A stretch of DNA of 39,898 nt from IMG/VR virus record IMGVR_UViG_3300005663_000110, positions 1 through 39,898 of that record; one strand, 5' to 3'. Shown piece by piece: positions 17,131 through 26,215 of the stretch (its first letter is position 1; the number at the start of each line of letters is the position of its first letter). The notes under the pieces were generated by a model. That model saw nothing but the letters and a program-made list of their open reading frames with translations. It was not told where the DNA came from and did no database searches. The DNA is from a virus. Its lineage: Duplodnaviria; Caudoviricetes. The position numbers and the translations under genes are program-made.

Positions 17131-17482
17131 CAAACAATCTCCATCCAGGCATCTTAACACAGACAGATTTAACTCCAGGCCATCACAGGTCAGGCATAGA
17201 GAAGCTGATCTGCGTCATACTTTAAAGAAACTTCTGTTGGCCCCGCTGGTAGCATTATATATGCTGTTCCACAGGAATAAGCCCACGCCGAAACTTGTAT
17301 CCCATCGGCTGGGTAAACAACGAAATCAGCCGTGTCCGTGTGGTAAGCATAAAACAGTAATAAAGCCCGTAGTTCGCCCAACGTTTGGCTATCTCAAGAG
17401 TGAGGTTACTATGGGGCCAGTAAGCGTACCTGTTAAGTATAAAAAATGCTGCTGGAATAGTGACTATGAGGTAGCTGTGTAA
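17123..17482 (+). CDS. membrane-associated protein with split SEC-C motif
   Basis: hydrophobic LLLAPLVALYMLF; RNQPCPCG...KYKKCC; GGAGG RBS. Confidence 0.65.
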   Translation: MTNKQSPSRHLNTDRFNSRPSQVRHREADLRHTLKKLLLAPLVALYMLFHRNKPTPKLVSHRLGKQRNQPCPCGKHKTVIKPVVRPTFGYLKSEVTMGPVSVPVKYKKCCWNSDYEVAV

Positions 17483-18012
17483 TGAACTGTGGCCTCGATA
17501 AATGCCCAGTAGAAAGTGTAACCCTGATTAAGCTAACCAAGGGTAAGTACACCATAATAGATACAGCCGACTGCTGGCTGTTCAAGTATAAGTGGAACGT
17601 CACAGGAGTAGGAAGGTATCTATATGCAGCCAGGGGCAACCTGCAAGATAATGGCAAGAGAAGGTTAGAACTTATGCACCGTAAGATCATGGATGCACCC
17701 AAGGGTATGGTAGTAGATCATATAAATCACAACACGCTTGATAATAGACGAGCCAATATGAGAGTGTGCACCAATAGTCAGAACAGTTGCAACAGCTTAC
17801 CCGTTGAAGGGTCGTCTAAGTATAAGGGTGTGCACTGGAGTGAGTATCAGGAAAGATGGGTAGCCCAGATAAAGTTAGATTACAAATACCACAACGTGGG
17901 AGTTTTCAAAGACGAAATTAAAGCAGCTGAGGCTTACGATGAGAAGGCCATTGAATTATTCGGAGAATTTGCGTATCTAAACTTTAGCAGGGAGAAATGT
18001 AATGTCAGATAA
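17482..18012 (+). CDS. HNH endonuclease with C-terminal AP2 domain
   Basis: MHRKIM...VVDHINHNTLDNRRANMR; SKYKGVHW...AAEAYDEKAIELFGEFAYLNF. Confidence 0.9.
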   Translation: MNCGLDKCPVESVTLIKLTKGKYTIIDTADCWLFKYKWNVTGVGRYLYAARGNLQDNGKRRLELMHRKIMDAPKGMVVDHINHNTLDNRRANMRVCTNSQNSCNSLPVEGSSKYKGVHWSEYQERWVAQIKLDYKYHNVGVFKDEIKAAEAYDEKAIELFGEFAYLNFSREKCNVR

Positions 18013-18454
18013 TAAAGGTGAGAATCCTAAAGAAGCGTGTGGATTAGCTAAGAATCCGCATTGCTGCGTATCACAGGCTGTGATGGCCGAGGTAGGACTC
18101 GGGATGTTCGAGGGTGCACGTAAGTATGGCCGGTATAATTACCGAGTAACGAAGATCACAGCATCTATATACTATGATGCTTGCCGTCGTCATTTGGATA
18201 TGTGGTGGGAAGGTGAGGACATCGACCCTGATAGTGGTGTGCACCACATCTCAAAGGCTATCGCGTGTCTTACAGTCCTACGTGATGGTCAGATTCAGGG
18301 TATGACTTACGATGATCGTCCACCGAAAACTCCACCCGAGTTTTGGGAGAATATAAAGAAGATCACGGGTGAGATTATAGCACGCCACCCGGAACCGAAG
18401 GAACCGTTTACGGAATTGAACAAGAAAGCAGAACAGGAGGCCAATAAAAAGTGA
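18002..18454 (+). CDS. DUF5664 / dATP-dGTP diphosphohydrolase N-terminal-like domain protein
   Basis: NPKEACG..K; GARKYGRYNYR; YYDACRRHL..WWEGEDIDPDSGVHH; DDRP. Confidence 0.85.
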   Translation: MSDNKGENPKEACGLAKNPHCCVSQAVMAEVGLGMFEGARKYGRYNYRVTKITASIYYDACRRHLDMWWEGEDIDPDSGVHHISKAIACLTVLRDGQIQGMTYDDRPPKTPPEFWENIKKITGEIIARHPEPKEPFTELNKKAEQEANKK

Positions 18455-18888
18455 ATAAAATAACAGCATATATGTCTCATCACATCCGAGGCCCGGAAGG
18501 TGACAAGGCCACGATGGAAACTATCGAGGCTAACAACAAGGCTGCCCGATTAATGGGAGCTAAGATCAGAGAACTAATACCAGAACTTGACCTGTACGTG
18601 CCGGGAGATCAGGACCAAGTAATTATGTATCTGTGTAAGAAGGGGTATGTAACTACCGAGCAGATACTCGAAGCCGACTGTGTTATCATAAGCCAGTGTA
18701 AGTTTATGATAGTTTTTAATAGATATGATAGTATCAGCGGTGGTATGCAGACCGAAGTGGATCACTGCATGTATAATTGTATCCCGTTTATCTATATCAC
18801 TGATCTTAACGAGCGTGAGCTTGCAGGTCTTAGAGATTTAGTTAAACATTTTCAGGAGATTGCCAATGTCACTATCACATCAGACTAA
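18451..18888 (+). CDS. nucleoside 2-deoxyribosyltransferase/N-glycosidase-like protein
   Basis: AYMSH at N-terminus, 'D...ISQCKFMIVF', 'SGGMQTE', 'IPFI'. Confidence 0.7.
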   Translation: MNKITAYMSHHIRGPEGDKATMETIEANNKAARLMGAKIRELIPELDLYVPGDQDQVIMYLCKKGYVTTEQILEADCVIISQCKFMIVFNRYDSISGGMQTEVDHCMYNCIPFIYITDLNERELAGLRDLVKHFQEIANVTITSD

Positions 18889-19780
18889 AAATAATATACT
18901 ACGATCCCTACGGAGTGGGCTCAACCACCAGCAGACCTGTGAATTGGTTGGCATTTCCAGGAATACTGTCGTAAAGTTGCTGAAAACTCGTAAGCGTGTA
19001 ATGTCAATCACTGACATACATGGTGGTCACGTTGCAGGGCTGACTCCACCCGATTATCAGAAGTATAACATTGGCATGAAGAAGTTTGAGGACCAGCAAC
19101 ACGAGGCATGGGCTTGGTACGATAGAGTGTGCAAGATATTGAAGCCCAATGTACTCTTCGTTACTGGTGACATGACAGAAGGCAAAGGTAAACGATCTGG
19201 TGGATCAGAGCTTATCACTACTCTGTGGGAAAAGCAGTGTGACATAGCTTACCAGGTTATAAAAACTACCGGTGCCAAAGAGATCGTGGCTGTCTACGGT
19301 ACGCCATGTCATACCGGCGATGAGGATGACTATGAGAACTTCATAATTGGCAGACTCAAATCAGATGGCATTCGATGCAGGATAAGTGGACATGAATTTC
19401 CACGTGTGCATCAGATACAGTTCGATCTTAAACATAAGATCGGGAGTTCGGCGATACCACACGGCAGGGCTACTGCTATAATGAAATCAAAGCTGTGGAA
19501 TATCATGTGGGCCGAAAGAAATCAACAACCTGATAGTGACGTGCTGCTTCGTGGTCACGTGCATTATTTCAATTACGTGGGGAACTCACGGTGGCTTGGC
19601 ATCGTCCAGCCGGCACTTCAAGGCTGGGGTAGCAAGTATGGAATACGACAATGTGAGGGCATCGTAGACTTTGGACTGATCTGGTTTGACGTGTATGACG
19701 GTGACACACTCGATACTTTGCAGTGGCATTATGAGATACCACAGCTTGAATCTCACAAGGTTAAGATTGCACAGCTATAA
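18866..19780 (+). CDS. calcineurin-like metallophosphoesterase with N-terminal HTH
   Basis: HTH 'GLNHQQTCELVGISRNTV'; DIHGGH, GDMTEG, GTPCH, H, RGHVH; ATG 18866 after AGGAG. Confidence 0.8.
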   Translation: MSLSHQTKNNILRSLRSGLNHQQTCELVGISRNTVVKLLKTRKRVMSITDIHGGHVAGLTPPDYQKYNIGMKKFEDQQHEAWAWYDRVCKILKPNVLFVTGDMTEGKGKRSGGSELITTLWEKQCDIAYQVIKTTGAKEIVAVYGTPCHTGDEDDYENFIIGRLKSDGIRCRISGHEFPRVHQIQFDLKHKIGSSAIPHGRATAIMKSKLWNIMWAERNQQPDSDVLLRGHVHYFNYVGNSRWLGIVQPALQGWGSKYGIRQCEGIVDFGLIWFDVYDGDTLDTLQWHYEIPQLESHKVKIAQL

Positions 19781-19932
19781 TGTGCGGCAAAGGTGATGAC
19801 TACAGAAAAGTAGACAGGAGTAAGTACGATAAAAATGCTAATAGAATTTTTGGCGAACAAAAGTTAAACATCTGGCGTAGAGATGATAACGGTAATTTAA
19901 TAGACGAAGAAGATAAAGGAGAATCGAAGTGA
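19780..19932 (+). CDS. small hypothetical phage protein (50 aa)
   Basis: TAATG coupling; MCGKGDDYRKVDRSKYDKNANRIFG. Confidence 0.6.
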   Translation: MCGKGDDYRKVDRSKYDKNANRIFGEQKLNIWRRDDNGNLIDEEDKGESK

Positions 19933-20084
19933 GAATCGGCGAGTTAATAGATCATCTTAGCGACTGGGACCAAGAGGCCGAAGTTAAAATAAGCGGCGAA
20001 GGTACGGTCATAACATTGGAACCAGGAAGGCGTAATCAGGTCGTGCTTACCGGTGAGGAAGAGAGCATGTATAATGCCGAATAG
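19929..20084 (+). CDS. small hypothetical protein (51 aa)
   Basis: AAGGAG RBS, GTGA overlap; MRIGELIDHLSDWDQEAEV. Confidence 0.6.
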   Translation: MRIGELIDHLSDWDQEAEVKISGEGTVITLEPGRRNQVVLTGEEESMYNAE

Positions 20085-20745
20085 AAAAAAATACAATAAA
20101 CTAAAGCTCGGTAACAAGGATGCCCGTGCAGAATTGCAACCGATCAGTATCAGGTTGAAAAAAGTGTTCTGGGATGCCCGGAATTTGGTTACTCAGCACG
20201 ATCACAGGCACGTAGAGAAATTCCGTGATGTGTCTGAGTGGATACCGGGTACTGACAACGAACACCGGCTTCCGTTCTTGTTTAAGAAAGACGTAAAGCG
20301 GAACCACGCTACGCTCGTCAGTAAGAAATTTCCTTGCTCGATATGTGGTGGTACTGAAGAGTGTGTATACTTTGAGAGAAGCACCAGGGAGCGAACCGTG
20401 ATTTTATGCTCTGACACACCGGGACCGAGCGATGCAGAGGTACCAGGGTTTGTTAAGTTTATGAGCATGTATACGCTCTATCAGGGGGGTCCACTTGCCG
20501 AAGAGGAAACGTTTGAGTCACTCCCGATTTCCAAGGACAGGGACAAGATCAGATGCCTATTTGCTATCCTCAGTTTCCTGATCCAGCAGTGGTGGATTGT
20601 GCAGGATAAAGGACCTGACTGCATCGAACGTGTCGTCACCGAGATACAGCTTGACAGACTCGAACGGATGGTAGCACTGGGTATGAAAAAGTACGAGATT
20701 GCCGGGCATATTAAGATCGGTTACTGGTTGAGGGAGGTTAAGTGA
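20074..20745 (+). CDS. hypothetical protein
   Basis: long ORF upstream of polymerase; likely start MPNRKK; CSICGG. Confidence 0.7.
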   Translation: MPNRKKYNKLKLGNKDARAELQPISIRLKKVFWDARNLVTQHDHRHVEKFRDVSEWIPGTDNEHRLPFLFKKDVKRNHATLVSKKFPCSICGGTEECVYFERSTRERTVILCSDTPGPSDAEVPGFVKFMSMYTLYQGGPLAEEETFESLPISKDRDKIRCLFAILSFLIQQWWIVQDKGPDCIERVVTEIQLDRLERMVALGMKKYEIAGHIKIGYWLREVK

Positions 20746-20927
20746 GTAGAGCTAGTAAAAAGAAGGTACACTACAAGCACGCGGGTACTCTACGCATGGG
20801 AATATGTGGTAGGATGGTGGACATATTGTTCGTATCCTCTGTTAAGTCTCAGATTTCCTGTAAGGATTGTCTAAAGGCCCTGAAACGGGGGGTCTATAAA
20901 AACCAGAATCGACAGAAAAGTAGATAA
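20742..20927 (+). CDS. small basic zinc-finger-like protein
   Basis: GGAGG RBS; H...CG...CKDC. Confidence 0.6.
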   Translation: MSRASKKKVHYKHAGTLRMGICGRMVDILFVSSVKSQISCKDCLKALKRGVYKNQNRQKSR

Positions 20928-20928
20928 T

Positions 20929-22962
20929 ATGAACTGGCAGAACGTACTACATAGAATAGGCTACCCGGGTACAGCATTGGTGCTGGATTTCGAGACATTC
21001 TTCGACGTGGGATACACGCTCAAGACTATGCCTGTAATAGAGTTTTTATCCGATGAGCGTTTTGAGTTCACAGGTCTGGGTGACTTTACTATGAAGCATC
21101 CGTTCGACGACCCGATTAACGCTGGATTCTCACCACCTGATAAGATACAGTACAAGCTTGATTACTTCCAGGAAGAGTACGGCGAAGAGTTCGAGGACTG
21201 CACCTTAGTGGGTGCAAATTTACCATTCGATGCCATGATCCTGGCTATGAAGTTTGGAATATACCCACGATATACCATCGACATCCTCGATCTCGCCAGA
21301 TACTTCGATCCGAAGCAACTGGTATCAGTAGCCGAGCAGGCTAAACGTGCTGGCATGGAACCGAAGGGTGACACTAACGCGTTTAAAGGTTTACATTGGG
21401 AGGATATGACGTATGAACAAAAAATTGCCATGTTTAAATACTGTCGGCACGACATCTACCTCGAAGCAGAATTGTTCAAAACTGAGTTGCCAAGACTTAC
21501 CAATCCCAAGGTTGAGCTATACCTGGCCCACCACACTCTGGAGTTGTTTTCTAAACCCAGGCTTGCCTTTGACTTTCCCCTCGCTCGTGAGCTCCATTAT
21601 GGCATGACCAAAGAAAAAAACATTGTACTTGCCAAGACGAGCTATACTCAGAAAGAACTCAGCGGGACCATTAGTTTCGCCCAGATACTTACAGACAACC
21701 TACCCGAGGGCGAGGTCCCGCTGAAGTTCGGCAAACCTACCAAGAATCTGATACCTATTACTGGTGAGCATAAGATTATAGCATGTGCTGCTGACGATGA
21801 GGGTCGTAAGTTTCTAATGGAACATCCTGATGAGAATATCAGGAATATAATCGAAGCAAAGATCGGGATAACATCCTGGCCTAAGTGGGCTAAACGTGTC
21901 AAGCGTATGGCTATGATGGCTAAAGCTTTCGACGGTAAGTTTCCCGTGCCGCTTCGATATTGCGGGGCCCATACGAAACGATGGACTGGTACTGGTAAGG
22001 TTAATCCGCTGAATCTCGGTGGTGCCGGACGTGCAGGATCAGGTACGCATCCGTTGTTATCACAGGTTAGACACTTGCTATTGGCACCTGAAGGTTTCGT
22101 ACTCGGAATTGTTGATGCTGCACAGATCGAGTGTCGATTGCTGGCATGGTTTGCTGGTGAAACTCAGTTATTAGAAGGATTCGCCGAGAGTGATAAAGAT
22201 ACAGAGTATGGAACTCCCGACGTATACAGTAAATTAGCCATGGACCTGTTCGGAGGGATAATCTATAAGGCTGATAAAGATAGGGAAACCCCAGAGGATT
22301 ACAAGCAGTTAGTAATCAGGCGTGGCTTTGGTAAAGACGGCATTCTCGGATGTGGCTACAGTCTCGGTGCTGACACGTTCTTCGATAGGTGTTATTCTAA
22401 TCCCGTTCTTCGTCCTATGTTCGATGACGGAACCTTTACACGTGCATTTATAGAACGATTGATTAAGACGTACCGTACCAAGTATACCCAGATTGTAAAA
22501 CTCTGGGGTGATTTGGAGAGAGCCTACAAATTTGTAACGCGGTATAAAAATGAACCAGTAGAATTAAACCGGGGCCTGAAGTTCTTTGCCGAAGGCCACA
22601 CCACTGTGATCGAGCTACCATCAGGCAGTAGATTATATTATCCTCATGCCAGCGTATCAGGTACCGGAAAGTGGAGTGATGCTGGTTACGAGCATGGTAA
22701 AGTTTACGGTGGTATGCTGGCAGAAAATATTATGCAGAGTGTATCACGTGAACATCTCATCGGTGTGATAATGGAATGCGAGTCACTACTGCATCACGTG
22801 GTTCTGCATACTTATGATGAGGTATGTTGTCTAATAGACGAGGGTAACGAGAAACGTGCTATGAAAAGTATTATTGCTGCAATGTGCAGAGTTCCGAAGT
22901 GGGCAGACGGTGATCTCCCACTTGGGTACGACAGTTTTACGAGTAAATGTTTTAGGAAATAA
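20929..22962 (+). CDS. family A DNA polymerase with 3'-5' exonuclease domain
   Basis: ExoI LDFET, ExoII N..FD, ExoIII YCRHD; motif A DAAQIECR, motif B R...K...LG..Y, motif C YDE; 'LAENIMQ'. Confidence 0.92.
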   Translation: MNWQNVLHRIGYPGTALVLDFETFFDVGYTLKTMPVIEFLSDERFEFTGLGDFTMKHPFDDPINAGFSPPDKIQYKLDYFQEEYGEEFEDCTLVGANLPFDAMILAMKFGIYPRYTIDILDLARYFDPKQLVSVAEQAKRAGMEPKGDTNAFKGLHWEDMTYEQKIAMFKYCRHDIYLEAELFKTELPRLTNPKVELYLAHHTLELFSKPRLAFDFPLARELHYGMTKEKNIVLAKTSYTQKELSGTISFAQILTDNLPEGEVPLKFGKPTKNLIPITGEHKIIACAADDEGRKFLMEHPDENIRNIIEAKIGITSWPKWAKRVKRMAMMAKAFDGKFPVPLRYCGAHTKRWTGTGKVNPLNLGGAGRAGSGTHPLLSQVRHLLLAPEGFVLGIVDAAQIECRLLAWFAGETQLLEGFAESDKDTEYGTPDVYSKLAMDLFGGIIYKADKDRETPEDYKQLVIRRGFGKDGILGCGYSLGADTFFDRCYSNPVLRPMFDDGTFTRAFIERLIKTYRTKYTQIVKLWGDLERAYKFVTRYKNEPVELNRGLKFFAEGHTTVIELPSGSRLYYPHASVSGTGKWSDAGYEHGKVYGGMLAENIMQSVSREHLIGVIMECESLLHHVVLHTYDEVCCLIDEGNEKRAMKSIIAAMCRVPKWADGDLPLGYDSFTSKCFRK

Positions 22963-22979
22963 TTTTAAGGAGACCACGT

Positions 22980-23078
22980 ATGCCAATAGAGATAGGCAAT
23001 AATTTAGCATTCACCATCTGTATGATAGTCGTAGCTTTAGCAGCAATATCGTTTTTCTGGGGTGGTGGCAAACCATAA
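22980..23078 (+). CDS. small single-pass membrane peptide (32 aa)
   Basis: AAGGAG RBS; LAFTICMIVVALAAISFFW. Confidence 0.5.
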   Translation: MPIEIGNNLAFTICMIVVALAAISFFWGGGKP

Positions 23079-23098
23079 CTAAACGTAAGACTAAAGCA

Positions 23099-23527
23099 AT
23101 GAAGTACCATGAGCTATTCGATGCGTTCAAAGAAGCAACTGGTACACCTAAGACGGGCAGGAAAGATGACAGCATAGGTACTAAGCCGACGATACCATGC
23201 CCTGATGTGCCGGAGAGTGTGGTCCTAAAGAATTGCCTGGAGTGGCTACATAAAAGGGGCATCGTATGTGATAGGAATAATACCGGACTGATTGACGTGC
23301 GGGGCGGTAAAATGTTATTTGGCATCAAAGGTGCCGGCGATATTGTAGGGTGCCTTCCGAGTGGCCGTCACTTCGAGATCGAGGTAAAGCGTGGACGTGG
23401 TGGATCGCTGAGCAGTGGGCAGCAGAAAAGAAAAAGAAAGATTATGTCGAACAACGGAGTGTATTTGATCGTACATAGTGTAGGAGAGTTAGAAAAATTG
23501 TTAATGTCAATATTGAAAAGGAGATAA
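23099..23527 (+). CDS. VRR-NUC / PD-(D/E)XK nuclease, candidate Holliday junction resolvase
   Basis: 'ES.V...C...L', GAGDIVG, FEIEVK, LSSGQ. Confidence 0.85.
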   Translation: MKYHELFDAFKEATGTPKTGRKDDSIGTKPTIPCPDVPESVVLKNCLEWLHKRGIVCDRNNTGLIDVRGGKMLFGIKGAGDIVGCLPSGRHFEIEVKRGRGGSLSSGQQKRKRKIMSNNGVYLIVHSVGELEKLLMSILKRR

Positions 23528-23531
23528 TCAG

Positions 23532-23729
23532 GTGCTCACCACTAAGGACAAGCTGGAAAAAGAAGTTACTATTGGTGACATGGTGTGGTTAGAGACCAAG
23601 CTTGACATCTTTAAGGGTGGCTGCAACTACTACGCTGATATAGTAGAGGTTGATAGTGAACTAAAGTGTAGCGTAGAGGGTGTTATCTATGACTTTACAC
23701 CCGATGAGATTGAACTTTTAACAGATTAA
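23532..23729 (+). CDS. small SH3/KOW-like hypothetical protein
   Basis: 65 aa; 'DKLEKEVTIGDMV'; AAGGAG RBS. Confidence 0.6.
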   Translation: MLTTKDKLEKEVTIGDMVWLETKLDIFKGGCNYYADIVEVDSELKCSVEGVIYDFTPDEIELLTD

Positions 23730-23738
23730 GGAGATAAT

Positions 23739-23963
23739 ATGGAACGTCCAGTAAGGTTATGCACAAAAGATGGACGCAAGGTTGGTAATGCCTTCTGCAT
23801 AACATGGGTGGCCCGTAAGCCTTTGAAATACGAGGTCGAGACAGACTTTGGTAACACGCTGATGGTTACTGAGGAGGAGATGCTAGAATTGTGGCGGATC
23901 ATGAACGACGAGCCGCTTATAACCTATGACCAATGGAAGAATAGCAAGGAGACGAAGCAATGA
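23739..23963 (+). CDS. hypothetical protein
   Basis: 74 aa; AAGGAG RBS; TKDGRKVGNA...ETDFGN. Confidence 0.65.
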   Translation: MERPVRLCTKDGRKVGNAFCITWVARKPLKYEVETDFGNTLMVTEEEMLELWRIMNDEPLITYDQWKNSKETKQ

Positions 23964-25087
23964 CACAGAATAAACGAGATCACTGGAAACTGTCAGCATC
24001 CTGGCTCAAGGCTTTGAAGTCTTGCCCGATGAGATGCTACTACAGCTACATCAAAGGTATACGTCCGATAGAAGAGACCGAAGCTTTGCGTATGGGAACG
24101 AATTGGCATGAGCTACTCGAAGTTTACAGCTTGAATAACGATCTCGATGAGGCTGTCGATGCCCTCAACGTAGCATACGAAAACAAGCCGATGTCCAAGA
24201 CACTGGAAGAGTGGGCTGCTGAACGTGCTAAGCTGGCGTACAGTTTATCAGGTTACATCTGGAACTACTCAGATGTGGATATGGAAGTCGTAGCCCGTGA
24301 GATTCCATTCTCTCTGAAGATTATCAACCCTGATACTGGTGCTACCCTGCCCAACGTAGAGATCGTGGGTAAGATAGATAAAATCGTAAAGGTAGATGGC
24401 AAGTTTATGATCTGCGAGCACAAGTCCACGAGTAAAGATGTCAGTGATAGCTCACAGATGTGGGCACACTTACGACTCGACACGCAGACCACATTGTATC
24501 AGTATGCCGCGATGCAGTTGAAGATGTCCGGCGAGCTCGAGCAGTTCGGCATCGGCAAGGATGCTGAGCTAAGTGGTGGACTCTACGATGTATGGCGTAA
24601 ACCTACGATCAGTCCTAAGATGCTGACTCAGGGTGATAGTAAGAAGTTCTTGGAAGATGGCATGTATATGGGTCAGGAGTTTTTTTCCGTACGTATTAAA
24701 GATGAGATCAGCGTGGATAGTACACTCGTCGAGTATAAACCTGGAGCTAAAGAGGGTACCTTCGCCATCCGCGAGACTGCCGAGATGTACGGTGCCCGGT
24801 TGCTGCATGACATCACAGAACGACCAGAGCATTACTTCGCACGTAAGCCGCTGAATAGAAGCGTCGCTGATATGAAACGGCTGGAGCGTGAACTGTATAG
24901 CATCTACCAGAATGCCAGGACCATGAATAAGAACGACTCGTGGTATACCTGCGAAGATCAGTGCGAGGCAACGTTCCACTGCTCGTATATTCCGATCTGT
25001 TATAATAATGTTAACGTGGATGAATATCTGCCAGAAGGGTTTAAGAATATCAAAGAGGAAAAGAAAGATGCAGAAAGTAAAGCTTGA
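23960..25087 (+). CDS. Cas4/RecB-like PD-(D/E)XK exonuclease
   Basis: LSAS...CP; G..WH; E; GKID; EHKS; Q..LY; C-terminal C...C.....C.....C possible Fe-S staple. Confidence 0.88.
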   Translation: MTQNKRDHWKLSASWLKALKSCPMRCYYSYIKGIRPIEETEALRMGTNWHELLEVYSLNNDLDEAVDALNVAYENKPMSKTLEEWAAERAKLAYSLSGYIWNYSDVDMEVVAREIPFSLKIINPDTGATLPNVEIVGKIDKIVKVDGKFMICEHKSTSKDVSDSSQMWAHLRLDTQTTLYQYAAMQLKMSGELEQFGIGKDAELSGGLYDVWRKPTISPKMLTQGDSKKFLEDGMYMGQEFFSVRIKDEISVDSTLVEYKPGAKEGTFAIRETAEMYGARLLHDITERPEHYFARKPLNRSVADMKRLERELYSIYQNARTMNKNDSWYTCEDQCEATFHCSYIPICYNNVNVDEYLPEGFKNIKEEKKDAESKA

Positions 25088-25277
25088 TAACAATGGTGAT
25101 ATAGTTGATACCAGTAATGAGCGTATCATCCTTTGTTGTAACGGAACTGGAGCATTCTGTAACACGGACTGTGCAGCATACAGCGAGGGTACCAGAGTTA
25201 TAGATAATGAGGGTACACGTGCTAAAATAGCAAACTGTAACGCGTTCAAATTTACGATAGGAGAACTACAATTATGA
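25068..25277 (+). CDS. small Cys-rich hypothetical protein
   Basis: likely start MQKVKL at 25068; CC...C...C...C. Confidence 0.55.
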   Translation: MQKVKLDNNGDIVDTSNERIILCCNGTGAFCNTDCAAYSEGTRVIDNEGTRAKIANCNAFKFTIGELQL

Positions 25278-26179
25278 ACACAACCAAAGCACCACCACCA
25301 AATTCAGTATCAAAAAAAGGACCACCGGCTAAGCCAACAGTGAAGTCCTTGCCCCCGAAGAATAAGGAGAAACTCAGGCCCAAGAAAACGTTTAGCGTAT
25401 CCAGTTGGAACAGTGATGGAGAAGGTAAACGGGTCGGTATCGTAGCTGATTCTGGCCTGGGCAAGACTACACTCGCGAGCACGGCACCTACGCCAGTGTT
25501 CGTTGGGCTCGACGAGGGTGGGCGTGAGATTAAAAACCCATTTACCGGTGAGGACCTGAAGTATATCGCTGGTGTCGAAGATTACTACGATGTCAAGCAG
25601 GTTATGAAAGATCACAGCTTGTTCAAGGACTATGAGACAGTAGTGGTCGATACTGTTACGATGGTCGAGTCCGTGTCGATACCTTGGATCGTAGAAAATA
25701 TCAAGACCGAGAAGGGTGCCACTGTTGAAAATATTATAGCCTATGGTTATAATAAGGGCTTTCGTCATGTCTATGATACATTTGCTAGTTTCTTACGCAG
25801 TGACTGTGATAGCCTGATCCATGCTGGTAAGAATGTAATCCTAATTGGCCAGAGTACCCAAGCTAGAGTTGCTAATGCTGCCGGTGAAGATTTCATACGT
25901 GATGATGTGAGACTTCAGCATCAGAAAGAATGGTCCAACTTAGCACAATTTAATGAGTGGGCCGATCATATCCTGCGTATCAGGTATGTCGATATGATCG
26001 TAGACGATAAGAAGGTAAGTGGTACCACAGAGCGTGGTATATTCTTCAAGCCTGAGTTGCACTACTTTGCCAAGTCTCGAACGATAAAACTTGATGGTGA
26101 TTACATACCGTATGAGTCACCCGAGGACAACACTCTGTGGGATATTCTGTTTCCTGACACAGCGGAGATACCGTTTTAA
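25274..26179 (+). CDS. Sak4-like / AAA_24 P-loop ATPase
   Basis: Walker A ADSGLGKTT, Walker B TVVVDT, 'GYNKGF', 'EWADH', 'AKSR'; C-terminal EIPF. Confidence 0.85.
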   Translation: MNTTKAPPPNSVSKKGPPAKPTVKSLPPKNKEKLRPKKTFSVSSWNSDGEGKRVGIVADSGLGKTTLASTAPTPVFVGLDEGGREIKNPFTGEDLKYIAGVEDYYDVKQVMKDHSLFKDYETVVVDTVTMVESVSIPWIVENIKTEKGATVENIIAYGYNKGFRHVYDTFASFLRSDCDSLIHAGKNVILIGQSTQARVANAAGEDFIRDDVRLQHQKEWSNLAQFNEWADHILRIRYVDMIVDDKKVSGTTERGIFFKPELHYFAKSRTIKLDGDYIPYESPEDNTLWDILFPDTAEIPF

Positions 26180-26215
26180 TACTAATTTTCAGAGTTTAAT
26201 TTAAGGAGAATCAAA

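Noticed and set aside
18002-18454. Firm call of a Z-genome (2-aminoadenine) pathway
   Set aside because: No PurZ or HD-domain dATPase recognised. DUF5664 alone is insufficient.
23960-25087. CRISPR-associated cas4
   Set aside because: No cas1/cas2 or array. The Sak4-like and SSB-like neighbours indicate a phage recombination exonuclease.
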